Positions 16,573 through 26,237 of a DNA stretch of 34,185 nucleotides are shown in pieces. The stretch is taken from the NCBI GenBank assembly GCA_030916545.1, contig JAUPWI010000003.1, positions 1 through 34,185 on the forward strand, written 5' to 3'. Below the pieces are notes generated by a model. That model saw only the letters and a program-made list of their open reading frames with translations. It was not told where the DNA came from and did not search any database. The position numbers and the translations under genes are program-made. Position 1 is the first letter of the stretch. Each line of letters starts with the position of its first letter. Source of the stretch: Patescibacteria group bacterium. GTDB lineage: Bacteria; Patescibacteriota; Minisyncoccia; Moranbacterales; UBA1568.

Positions 16573-17625
16573 ATGTCACTCAAAGTCGGAATCGTCGGGT
16601 TGCCGAATGTCGGGAAATCGACCTTGTTTAAGGCACTGACTCGGAAACCGGTCGATATCAATAATTATCCTTTCTGCACCATCGAGCCGAATATCGGCAT
16701 CGTCGAAGTGCCGGACGAGCGGCTCGGTAAGTTGGCCGCTCTTTCCGGGAGCAAGAAAATCATTCCGGCTGTCATCGAGTTCGTCGATATCGCCGGGTTG
16801 GTGAAGGGCGCGAGCGAGGGTGCGGGACTCGGGAACAAGTTCCTAGCGAATATCCGTGAGGTGGATGCGATCGTCGAGGTGGTCCGGGCCTTTGAGAATA
16901 CCGATATCATCCACGTGAACAATCGTATCGAACCGGAGGACGATATCGCGGTCATCAATACGGAGTTGATCTTGGCGGATCTCGAGACGCTCGCCAAACG
17001 CAAGATCAAGACGGCCAAGGAGGCTCGGGGGGGAGATAAGGATGCGCCGATCGAGCTCGCATTGATCGAGCGGTTAGAGCGCGAGCTTTCCGAGGGCGTC
17101 CTGGCGCACCAGATCCTCTTGTCCCTCACCGAAGAGAAAGAGCGGAAAATGGTGCGCGGATTACAGTTGCTTACCGCTAAGCCGTTTCTGTACGTGTATA
17201 ATATTTCGGACACCTATCAGACGCTGACCCCATCTCTTGAGGAACGACCGCACGTGAAGCTCGATATTAAGATCGAGGAAGAGCTGCTCGACATGTCTCC
17301 GGAAGAGATGGCCGAGATGGAAATCGTTTCGCATATCGGCGAATTGGCGCGTCAGGCCTATGCGCTTCTCGGCCTTATGACGTATTTCACGACGGGCCCC
17401 GAAGAGACGCGCGCCTGGACGGTGAAGCAGGGTTCCACAGCTCCGCAGGCCGGCGCGGCGATTCATGGGGACTTCGAAGAGAAATTCATTCGGGCAGAAG
17501 TCATTCATTGGGATACACTCTTGGCGGCTGGTTCCTGGAGCGCGGCACGCGATCAGGGGACGCTTCGTATCGAGGGGAGAGATGCCATCATCACGGATGG
17601 GGATGTCATCGTTTTCCGGGTCTGA
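16573..17625 (+). CDS. ychF: Ribosome-binding ATPase YchF
   Basis: N-terminus MSLKVGIVGLPNVGKSTLFKALT, a central coiled region, and a C-terminal TGS-like domain (…RAWTVKQGSTAPQAAGAIHGDFE…). Confidence 0.92.
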   Translation: MSLKVGIVGLPNVGKSTLFKALTRKPVDINNYPFCTIEPNIGIVEVPDERLGKLAALSGSKKIIPAVIEFVDIAGLVKGASEGAGLGNKFLANIREVDAIVEVVRAFENTDIIHVNNRIEPEDDIAVINTELILADLETLAKRKIKTAKEARGGDKDAPIELALIERLERELSEGVLAHQILLSLTEEKERKMVRGLQLLTAKPFLYVYNISDTYQTLTPSLEERPHVKLDIKIEEELLDMSPEEMAEMEIVSHIGELARQAYALLGLMTYFTTGPEETRAWTVKQGSTAPQAGAAIHGDFEEKFIRAEVIHWDTLLAAGSWSAARDQGTLRIEGRDAIITDGDVIVFRV

Positions 17626-17658
17626 GTTTTTGAGGCGCGAGACCGTGCAGGCAGCTTC

Positions 17659-17696
17659 AAGAGAGGATCTTTCCAGAGTCCTCTCTTGTTGTTTAT
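17659..17696 (+). terminator. Probable ychF terminator
   Basis: Perfect 9-bp stem AAGAGAGGA/TCCTCTCTT with an 11-nt loop, followed by the T-rich GTTGTTTAT. Confidence 0.45.
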
Positions 17697-17786
17697 CAGT
17701 CTGGAATTTGGTATTCTAGGGAAAGAGGATTTTTCTTTCGGGAGTCTCGCGGCATCCGGAAAAGTTTTCTGACAAGAAGAATATTC

Positions 17787-20700
17787 ATGCGTAAAGACGT
17801 CATGCGTTTTCGAGCGAACGGTCACAAAGAAATACCAAAAGCAAAAAAGTCATTCCTTTCTTTCCAGGAATATTTTTCGGTATTTATCAAGAAAAGAAGG
17901 GGGGAACGGTCGTCCAGTGTGGTACGTTCCCGTTTGAAGGCGCTGTGCCGGACACCTATCGGGCCGCGCTTTTCTGTTCAGGAGAAAGCAGAGCGGGCAC
18001 GTGTGGTCATTGAGGCTGAGAGTCTGGAAGAATTCCTGAAGTCCTATGCTGTTACTTCGAAACATAGTTATGGTACGGCCTACTGGCGTCGGCGATCTTT
18101 CTCGCTTTTGAGTGCCTTTGTTGCAAAGTACGCGGCATTTTTTGGAAAAGTGGCGTGGATGTTTTCGTGGCGGAGTAGTATCGCGGCACTGGTCGCGGTA
18201 TTGGTGGTGTACATCGGAGGGATGAATGTGTCGAGCGCGCCGTATGCTCGTACCATTACCACCAAAGCTGAATGGGGATTGGGAGTGACTGATAATCTCT
18301 CCCTTGACAGCGCGGCTGATTCCCTTCAGTTGGCTGGGGATGGAACCTGGTCGGCACGGACCTGGGCGGTGCCACCCGATACGGTCAGCGCCGGATCAAG
18401 CTCCATTTTTCTCGGGGATAATCTATATGTCGTCCGTGGGCTCTCGGACAAAGCGTTCTGGAAATACGATTCGGCACTCAACGTGTGGTCAGAGCTTTCT
18501 GACCTGCCGTTTCCGGTATACTATGGTGCTGACATGGTGGCTGACAGCGCCAACAATCTTATTTATGTTATCTTTGGTGGTTTTTCGAAAAAGTTCTATT
18601 CATACAATGTGGTGACGGACGCCTGGACGGAGCTCCCGGAACTCCTCGATACGCCTTGGACGGGAGCGAGTATTGGGTTTGATGGGACGAATCCTTTTGT
18701 TCTTCGTGGCAATAGCAGTACTGACTTTTGGAAATACAATGTGGCGCTTGGCGAATGGCAAAACTTGGCGCCGATTTCCGCGACGGTATCTGCGGGAGCC
18801 AGTCTCGTCTACGGGTATGATGGAAATTTTTATACGCCACGCGGTGTCAATACGCTGACGTTTTACCGCTACAATATTGCGAGCAATACCTGGAGTGCTC
18901 GTACGAATATCACTGCGGGGCAGCTCTTTAATGGGAGCCAGAAAGGCGCATATGCTAATGGCTATATCTATTATCCGCGTTCGACAGGAACTACGGGATT
19001 TCTCCGATACGATATCGTGGGAAATAGTTGGACGGTGCTTGCGGCGACACCTGCCGTGACAACTGACACCCCGGTGGCTTTCAATGCCAACGACAATAAA
19101 CTCTACATGCTTCGTTCAGCTGGTACCTATGATTTGTGGAAATTTGATCCGACAATCGGGGCAACAGGGGATTGGGTGGGACCACAGCAGGTCCTCAATA
19201 ATACCGGAACTATCGGGACAGGAGGGGATCTTTTCTGGAACGGAGTGACGGGCGCCGGATCATATGTCTATGCCATGCGCGGAGGAGCGGCGGGGTTTTA
19301 TCGTTACAATGTATCCCTTAATACCTGGACGGCCATGAATAATCCGGCGGTGGCTTCGACTACCGATACGACCGGAACATTGGTAAATGATTATGTCTAC
19401 TATCCGCTGGGCAATAACACCACGACGTTTTATCGCTATACGATCTCTACCAATACCTGGGGAGCGATGACGGTTTTGCCGGGTGCAGCTTCCAATGGAG
19501 CGAGCGCTGTATACAATGCTTCGGATAGTCGAGTGTATGTCCTGCGAGGAAACGGCACCTCGAATCTGTACAGTAGTCCGAATAATCCTGTGCTTGCGTG
19601 GACAACGCAGGCATCGACAGTGGTCAGCGGCGTAACTTATCAAGCGAATGTCGGTGCGAGGATGGTATCAGACGGAACAGACCTTTATGCCACAATGGGC
19701 GATGGTGAGACGGCCTTTCTTAAATACAATACGGCTGGCAATACCTGGTCAGCTCTGAAGCAGACTCCTTTTGCGCAGTACTATGGGACGAGCTTGACCT
19801 ATGCAGGCGGCAAGATTTATGCCTTGGCGGGGTATTATAAGGATGAGACCTGGGAATATACCATTGCAACCGACACCTGGAGGCTGCTGCCATCGAATCA
19901 AAAATATCTCTATGGCCGCGGACCTTACAACGGCGCCACTCTCGAATATGTCGGGGGAAGTTCATTTTATGCTTTGACGGGACAGGCGACGACGGATATG
20001 TGGAGCTATACTGCTGGGATGAATAATTTTGCGAGCTCAGGGAGCTATGTGAGTCAGACTCTCGATGTTTCGCAGGCGTCAACTTGGGTGTCGTTTGTGG
20101 TCAATGATGCTCAGCCAGCCAATACCAGTATCGTCTATGAGACACGAACCAGTACTGATGCGAGCTCATGGTCGAGTTGGGAAGCGGTAGTGGGGACGAC
20201 GATTGCATCCCCGGCGCAACGCTATATTCAGGTGCGAATCACGCTGGCTACGAGCGATGGAGTGAGTACGCCGACCGTTTCGGACTATACGATTACCTAT
20301 AATAATTCCGATACACCTCCGACCAATCCATCGGCCGTCAATGCCTATTCACAGGTTTCCGGCGGAGTTTCACTTTCATCAGGGAATACCTACCTCTATG
20401 AGCATCCTTATTTCACCTTTTCCGGCGCCAGTAGTCCTGAAGCGGGCGTGGAAGGGTATTATGTGTATTTCGGAACGAATGCCAGTGCTGACCCGGCGGT
20501 TGATGGATCCTATCAGACCAGCACGACGTATGAAGTCAACCATGGGCTGAATGCGGGTACCTACTATCTGCGGATCAAGACCAAGGACAACAATGGCAAT
20601 GTGAGTATCGGGACATATGCAGCCTTTACTTACATCTACAATGGCGTTTCACCCGCTCTGGTTGAAACCAAAACAAGCCAGGCAGATTTCTCGGCTGGGA

Positions 20701-23700
20701 CACTCAGCGATGTTTCGGCGGGCGATGTGGCTGATGCGATGCGTCTTTCGGCAAGTAGTGGGACGGGATTTTGGAATCAATCCAGGCTTTCGAATATCTC
20801 CGCGAGCGTCTTCTACGGAGGAGACAGTGTTCAGGTGAATTATGCCGGAACCGATTATATTTTCGTGCTTCGGGGTGGCGCCACGACCGGATTTTATCGG
20901 TACGACATTGCGAATAATACCTGGCTTGTTCGGCAGCCAACCCCAGGCAATGTGAGTTACGGTGGGTCTCTCGAGGCTGGACCTGAGGGGTTTCTCTATG
21001 CGACGCAGGGTGGAGGAGCATCGGCTGTCTTCTGGAAGTATGATATCGCTCTGAATTCTTGGACAGCGGTATCGAGCGCGCCGAAGAATTTCGCAGTTGG
21101 GGGATCGATTACATATGACGGGTCACGCTATATCTATGGTCTTCCGGGGAGTGATGACGCGTTTTATCGGTATGACACGACCACTGATTCTTGGAGTGCC
21201 CGGGCCAATGCTCAGTTCGGCAATCCGAATACGGCCGACGGTCAGACGGTGAATTATGATTCGGATAGCGTCTATGATGGACGTAACAACATCTATGTGA
21301 TACAGGGAAATTACTATCCCTACTTCGCCAAGTATTCCATCGCGACCGATGGGGCTTATGGTGAGACGGCCAATACCTGGACGATACTCGCATCCGCTCC
21401 GACCGGTGTCTATACCGGAGGGAGTCTTGCCTACGATACGACGACGGAGAGCGTCTATATGACACGGGGTAACTGGAAGAATAATTATTACAAATATGAT
21501 GTCGGTTTGAATAGCTGGTCGCAACTCCCTGATACGCCGGCAACCTTTGATCAGGGGGCTTCACAGGTGGTGTATAACGGGTATATCTACGCGCTTCGTG
21601 GGGCCAATCAGACGAATTTTTATCGGTACAATATTGCGGAGAGTTCGTGGGAGATTCCGACCAAGGGACTGTTCGGACCATCGATTCCTGGGGGAACGAC
21701 GTACTTCCCTTTTTCATCGGGAACCAATGTGGTAACGGATGGCGGCGAAAACATGTATATGATTCGCGGAAGCTATGACAACGTGTTTCTTCGTTACAAT
21801 GTGGCGACGGGAACGACGACGGAAATGGCCCGGTTGCCGGTCGGTGCTTGGGACGGGTCCAGTCTTGTCTATGTCGGCAACCACGATGAGATTTATTATT
21901 CTCCAGGGGCCATCCGGACGACGCGGAGCGGAGCGAGTAATTATTTCTATAAATATGATATTCCGACCAATACCTGGAGCGAGGTTACCACTGACCGACC
22001 ACCGCTTCAGGTGGGTACGGGATCGAGCATGACTTATGACGGATCGCGTTACATGTATCTGACGCGCGGAGTAGGGACGGCCACCTGGTGGCGCTACGAC
22101 CTTGATGCCGCGGCTGGTTCGCGCTGGTCGTCGGCTTTGTCAGCTGGTCTTGGTACCACGACGACAGGAGGAAAATTGGTGTATAGCGGCGGGTATGTCT
22201 ATGCGGTGCGTGGTGGCGCGGCGACTATCTATCGGTACGATCCGGTCGCGACGACCTGGGCTACGATACCGGCGCTGCCGGCGTCGATCAGCACGGGCGG
22301 CGGTATCGTCGACGGTGGCGATGGGTATCTCTATGTGACTCGGGGTACTAATACCGCGAATAATTATCGGTATCGTATCGCCGACGGACTCGCGGGGACC
22401 TGGGCGAGCGTGACGGATATCCCGGCGCAGGTCAATACCGGAGGGTTCCAGGAGCATGTAAGCAACCGGAACTGGGTAATAGCCGGTAGCGGCACCAATT
22501 CTTATCCGGATGGAGTGTATAGTTTCGTGGTGAGTTCGACCGGTAATGGCACGGGATTTCAAAAGACGGGAACGTATACTTCGGAAGCGCTGGATCTGGT
22601 CTCGGTGTATAAGTGGGCCAGTTTTTCAGCCAACTACACGCTCCCCGATAATACGTTTGTGGCTTTTGAAACAAGGAGTTCGGATGATGGGCTGGCATGG
22701 GATAATTGGGTGGCGGTTTCAAATGAGCAGGTGTTTGGAACAAACCATGTGTTTAAAATCAACTCCGCTCCCAATGGGTATATCCAAGTGCGAGCCACCT
22801 TGTCTTCGTCAGACAGGATCTTCTCGCCGCTGATCACTGAGTATTCGATCGGTTATTATCAGGATATGACCGAGCCGACCAATCCGAGTGCGGTCAGCGC
22901 TTATACGAGTGCCGCCAAGGCGACAGGCATAGCGACGAACACCTGGTACAATCATGCAGCACCCCATTTCGAGTGGCCGGCGGTTGACGCGGTCGGCGGG
23001 GCGACCGATGGTGTGGGCGGGTCGGGTGTGGCGGGGTATTATGTCTATTTCGGTATCGATAGTAACGCCGATCCGGTGACGTTTCAGACGACCAATACCT
23101 ATACGGCGAGCGGTTTGTCAGCCGGGCAAACGTACTATCTGAAGATCATGACTGAGGACAATGCCGGGATGATCACGGCGAGTTCGTACAGCGCCTTTAC
23201 CTATAAATTCGATAATATCGCTCCGACCAATCCGACCATTATTTCTGTCAATCCAACCGGATATACGGCGGTTGATAATTTTATTTTTACTTGGTCATCC
23301 GATGCTGCCGATTCGTTTTCCGGTATTTCCAAGCTGCAGTATCGGACCGATGGCGATGTGGCTGATACCTGGACCGATATCGCTAACCCTGCTGACATCA
23401 CGGTCACGTTGCCTAACGTGAATCATATTGTAGGTGCGTATCAGTCAGGTAAGAATAAATTTTATCTGCGGGTGGTGGACGGCGCTGGTAATGTGTCGAC
23501 TTCACTTTTGCAAGAGTATTACTACAGTGCGAGTGCTCCGACGCCGCCGCAGAACCTGACTGCCACTCCGGCGACGTCCACAGCCAACTCTTTTTCCTTT
23601 TCCTGGGATTCTCCGGCATCCTTTGCGGGGGACGAAGCCGCTATTGTGTATCATTATTCGGTCAACGTGCTGCCAACAGCCAATAATTCCGTCTCGACTG

Positions 23701-25367
23701 CCTTGAAGGCGGCTGGTCCGAGTGCCTTCGCGACCCAAAAAGGAGAGAATTTGTTCTTTGTGGTAGCCGAGGATGAGTCAGGGAATATCGAATACGGGAA
23801 TTACGCTGTGGTGTCGTTCGAGGCAGATACCAGTAGTCCGCCGATCCCGGGTACAGTGCAGATTTTTGATACTTCAGATCGGGAGAATTCCAAGTATGGC
23901 GTGGCGGTGAAGTGGGCGCGTCCAGAGGGGATTGATGCCGCTAACTTCGATGGCTTCGTAATCTATCGTTCAGCTGACAACGTGACATTTACCGAGATAG
24001 CGAAGACGACGGGAAGTGCATACGTCGATTCGGGTGAAATCCTTCTGGCATCGGGAGACACGACGCTTGAGAGCAAGTTGTATTATTATCACGTGAAGTC
24101 GAAAGATAAGACGAGTAATTATTCAGCCGCATCCTCAACGGTCTCAATCGTTCCGACAGGCAAGTACACGACGCCGCCGAAACTGGTAGGGACACCGAGT
24201 TATACGACCCAGGCCTTTCAGACCTCCTTCACCTGGGCGACCGATCGCGTCGCGAGCTCGTTCATCGAATACGGTAAAAGCATTTCGCTCGGGGAAACGA
24301 CCGGTCAGGTGGACTCTGTCACGACGCATGAGGTATTGGTCAAGGGATTGGATGCCGGAACGAAATATTTCTATCGAGTCAAATATATCGATCCGGACGG
24401 CAATATCGGCACCTCGAATATAGACACCTTCACTACGCTTCCGCCGCCCGTCATTTCTGAGGTCTTGGTGACAGATATCCAGTTGTACACGGCGTATGTG
24501 AGTTGGACCACGAATGTGAGCGCCACCTGTACCCTCAAGTACGGTTCCTTCAGTATCGAGGAAAAATCAAGCGGTTCCGGCCATGTCCAGAAGATCGATC
24601 AGTTGAACCCGGCTTCGGATTATCGGGCGCAGATCGACTGCATCGACGGTGATCTTAACTCGTTTTCTTCCGATGAATACGCCTTTAGTACACCGGAAGA
24701 GCCGGTCGTGTCGGATGTCACGGTAGAGAACAAGGCGGATGTGGACCTTCCGACCATCATCATCTCCTATCTTACCAATGTCCCGACCTCGACACTCATC
24801 TATTACAAGTCGGCCGGGAACTCCGAGAATCACACGTATCTGACTGAGGAACTTGTCACCGAGCATTCCGCCGAGATCTCCGATCTGGATCCGGCCGTTG
24901 AATACATCGTGAGCATTACCGGTATGGATACGCATAATATCCAGGCGAAGCCGTATGAACAGCGGATAACGACGCGGACGGATTCCCGACCACCGAAAGT
25001 CCTCTCAAACAAGGCGATGGGACGTGTATCGGGGCGGGGCAATAACGCCCAGGCTAGTGTCTATATCAAGATCGAAACCGATGAGCCTTCACGCCTGCAT
25101 GTGGCGTATGCCAAGGGTATCGTGACCAGGTCGTTCGAGCAGTCGACGAATGATGATTCTCTCAATACTTATCACCTCATCACGATTCCGGCCGAAGCGG
25201 GCGATGTCTATAGTTATCAGGTCGAGGTCTATGATGAGGCCGGAAACAAGACGACGACGGATCCGTCGACGGTCCCAGTCGAGCAGTCGAAGGCCAATGC
25301 GACGGAAGTCATCACGCGGACCTTCCTGAATAACTTTGGGTGGATGTCGAGGCTTGGTGGGAATTAG
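17787..25367 (+). CDS. Giant membrane-anchored surface protein (2526 aa) with Kelch-like beta-propeller repeats and Fn3-like domains
   Basis: One TM anchor around aa 130-150 (IAALVAVLVVYIGG). About two dozen repeats of F/Y-[YW]-[RK]-Y-[DN]-x4-[NDS]-[TS]-W. Two copies of a jelly-roll-like domain (…YIQVR[IA]TL…) followed by an Fn3-like domain. A C-terminal array of Fn3-like modules. The exact start codon is uncertain. Confidence 0.85.
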   Translation: MRKDVMRFRANGHKEIPKAKKSFLSFQEYFSVFIKKRRGERSSSVVRSRLKALCRTPIGPRFSVQEKAERARVVIEAESLEEFLKSYAVTSKHSYGTAYWRRRSFSLLSAFVAKYAAFFGKVAWMFSWRSSIAALVAVLVVYIGGMNVSSAPYARTITTKAEWGLGVTDNLSLDSAADSLQLAGDGTWSARTWAVPPDTVSAGSSSIFLGDNLYVVRGLSDKAFWKYDSALNVWSELSDLPFPVYYGADMVADSANNLIYVIFGGFSKKFYSYNVVTDAWTELPELLDTPWTGASIGFDGTNPFVLRGNSSTDFWKYNVALGEWQNLAPISATVSAGASLVYGYDGNFYTPRGVNTLTFYRYNIASNTWSARTNITAGQLFNGSQKGAYANGYIYYPRSTGTTGFLRYDIVGNSWTVLAATPAVTTDTPVAFNANDNKLYMLRSAGTYDLWKFDPTIGATGDWVGPQQVLNNTGTIGTGGDLFWNGVTGAGSYVYAMRGGAAGFYRYNVSLNTWTAMNNPAVASTTDTTGTLVNDYVYYPLGNNTTTFYRYTISTNTWGAMTVLPGAASNGASAVYNASDSRVYVLRGNGTSNLYSSPNNPVLAWTTQASTVVSGVTYQANVGARMVSDGTDLYATMGDGETAFLKYNTAGNTWSALKQTPFAQYYGTSLTYAGGKIYALAGYYKDETWEYTIATDTWRLLPSNQKYLYGRGPYNGATLEYVGGSSFYALTGQATTDMWSYTAGMNNFASSGSYVSQTLDVSQASTWVSFVVNDAQPANTSIVYETRTSTDASSWSSWEAVVGTTIASPAQRYIQVRITLATSDGVSTPTVSDYTITYNNSDTPPTNPSAVNAYSQVSGGVSLSSGNTYLYEHPYFTFSGASSPEAGVEGYYVYFGTNASADPAVDGSYQTSTTYEVNHGLNAGTYYLRIKTKDNNGNVSIGTYAAFTYIYNGVSPALVETKTSQADFSAGTLSDVSAGDVADAMRLSASSGTGFWNQSRLSNISASVFYGGDSVQVNYAGTDYIFVLRGGATTGFYRYDIANNTWLVRQPTPGNVSYGGSLEAGPEGFLYATQGGGASAVFWKYDIALNSWTAVSSAPKNFAVGGSITYDGSRYIYGLPGSDDAFYRYDTTTDSWSARANAQFGNPNTADGQTVNYDSDSVYDGRNNIYVIQGNYYPYFAKYSIATDGAYGETANTWTILASAPTGVYTGGSLAYDTTTESVYMTRGNWKNNYYKYDVGLNSWSQLPDTPATFDQGASQVVYNGYIYALRGANQTNFYRYNIAESSWEIPTKGLFGPSIPGGTTYFPFSSGTNVVTDGGENMYMIRGSYDNVFLRYNVATGTTTEMARLPVGAWDGSSLVYVGNHDEIYYSPGAIRTTRSGASNYFYKYDIPTNTWSEVTTDRPPLQVGTGSSMTYDGSRYMYLTRGVGTATWWRYDLDAAAGSRWSSALSAGLGTTTTGGKLVYSGGYVYAVRGGAATIYRYDPVATTWATIPALPASISTGGGIVDGGDGYLYVTRGTNTANNYRYRIADGLAGTWASVTDIPAQVNTGGFQEHVSNRNWVIAGSGTNSYPDGVYSFVVSSTGNGTGFQKTGTYTSEALDLVSVYKWASFSANYTLPDNTFVAFETRSSDDGLAWDNWVAVSNEQVFGTNHVFKINSAPNGYIQVRATLSSSDRIFSPLITEYSIGYYQDMTEPTNPSAVSAYTSAAKATGIATNTWYNHAAPHFEWPAVDAVGGATDGVGGSGVAGYYVYFGIDSNADPVTFQTTNTYTASGLSAGQTYYLKIMTEDNAGMITASSYSAFTYKFDNIAPTNPTIISVNPTGYTAVDNFIFTWSSDAADSFSGISKLQYRTDGDVADTWTDIANPADITVTLPNVNHIVGAYQSGKNKFYLRVVDGAGNVSTSLLQEYYYSASAPTPPQNLTATPATSTANSFSFSWDSPASFAGDEAAIVYHYSVNVLPTANNSVSTALKAAGPSAFATQKGENLFFVVAEDESGNIEYGNYAVVSFEADTSSPPIPGTVQIFDTSDRENSKYGVAVKWARPEGIDAANFDGFVIYRSADNVTFTEIAKTTGSAYVDSGEILLASGDTTLESKLYYYHVKSKDKTSNYSAASSTVSIVPTGKYTTPPKLVGTPSYTTQAFQTSFTWATDRVASSFIEYGKSISLGETTGQVDSVTTHEVLVKGLDAGTKYFYRVKYIDPDGNIGTSNIDTFTTLPPPVISEVLVTDIQLYTAYVSWTTNVSATCTLKYGSFSIEEKSSGSGHVQKIDQLNPASDYRAQIDCIDGDLNSFSSDEYAFSTPEEPVVSDVTVENKADVDLPTIIISYLTNVPTSTLIYYKSAGNSENHTYLTEELVTEHSAEISDLDPAVEYIVSITGMDTHNIQAKPYEQRITTRTDSRPPKVLSNKAMGRVSGRGNNAQASVYIKIETDEPSRLHVAYAKGIVTRSFEQSTNDDSLNTYHLITIPAEAGDVYSYQVEVYDEAGNKTTTDPSTVPVEQSKANATEVITRTFLNNFGWMSRLGGN

Positions 25368-25439
25368 GAGGAAATTAGTGGTATACTATAGAGAGGACTA
25401 TCGCACCCTGTTCCGAGTCGGGGTGGGTGTTTTCGATGA

Positions 25440-26237
25440 ATGAGGAAAGGAAACATAAAAAGAGAAGAGATGCCCGAAGAGAAAGAAATCGTCATCAAGG
25501 TGAGTGGGCTCAAGAAAAGCTTTCATGTCGGAGAGCAGGATATTCCTGTCCTGTTCGGTATCGATCTCGAGATCCGGAGGGGGGAATTCGTCCTTCTGGT
25601 CGGCCCGTCCGGTTGCGGGAAATCGACGCTCTTGCATACGATTTACGGCCTGGAGAGCCCGACCGAAGGGACGGTATTCATCGAAGAGGAGGACATTTGG
25701 GCAAAGACGAAGAACTGGAGGGCGAATTTCCGCAACAGATACATCGGATTCGTTCCGCAGCAACCGTTTTGGATCAAGTCGCTGACCGTCATCGAGAATA
25801 TCGCCATACCGGGGGTCATCGCGGGTAAGACGTTCAGTGAGAGTATTACCATCGCGGCGAAGCTGATTGAGCTTGTTGGGATGGGCAAGTGGGCGAATCA
25901 TCGCCCGTTCGATCTTTCTGGAGGACAGCAGCAGCGTATCGCGCTCGCTCGCTCGCTGCTCCTGAACCCGAAATTCATCATCGCGGACGAACCGACCGGA
26001 AACCTCGACCTGAAAGCCGGGGAGCAGCTGATGAGTCTGGTCGGAAGTATCTCCCGGCAGTTCCAGATCACGATCATCATGGTCACGCACAACATGGATC
26101 AATATAAGTTCGGATCGAGAATTATCAACATGGTGGATGGTAGGGTCACTTCGGACGCGATTAATCAGCAGTTCATCGGAATGATCGATGAAGCTACGGT
26201 TCAGCAGGCAATGCAGGAAGCATCCCAAACGATATGA
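25440..26237 (+). CDS. ABC transporter ATP-binding protein (MacB/LolD/FtsE-like)
   Basis: Walker A GPSGCGKST, signature LSGGQQQRIALARS, Walker B FIIADEPTGNLD. An alternative ATG lies at 25470. Confidence 0.9.
   Translation: MRKGNIKREEMPEEKEIVIKVSGLKKSFHVGEQDIPVLFGIDLEIRRGEFVLLVGPSGCGKSTLLHTIYGLESPTEGTVFIEEEDIWAKTKNWRANFRNRYIGFVPQQPFWIKSLTVIENIAIPGVIAGKTFSESITIAAKLIELVGMGKWANHRPFDLSGGQQQRIALARSLLLNPKFIIADEPTGNLDLKAGEQLMSLVGSISRQFQITIIMVTHNMDQYKFGSRIINMVDGRVTSDAINQQFIGMIDEATVQQAMQEASQTI

Noticed and set aside
17787-25367. The giant repeat protein as a diversity-generating retroelement target, or as a CRISPR/defense component.
   Set aside because: The window contains no reverse transcriptase, no template/variable repeat pair, and no adenine-specific mismatch pattern between the internal repeats. 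The internal duplication is ancient and fully diverged.
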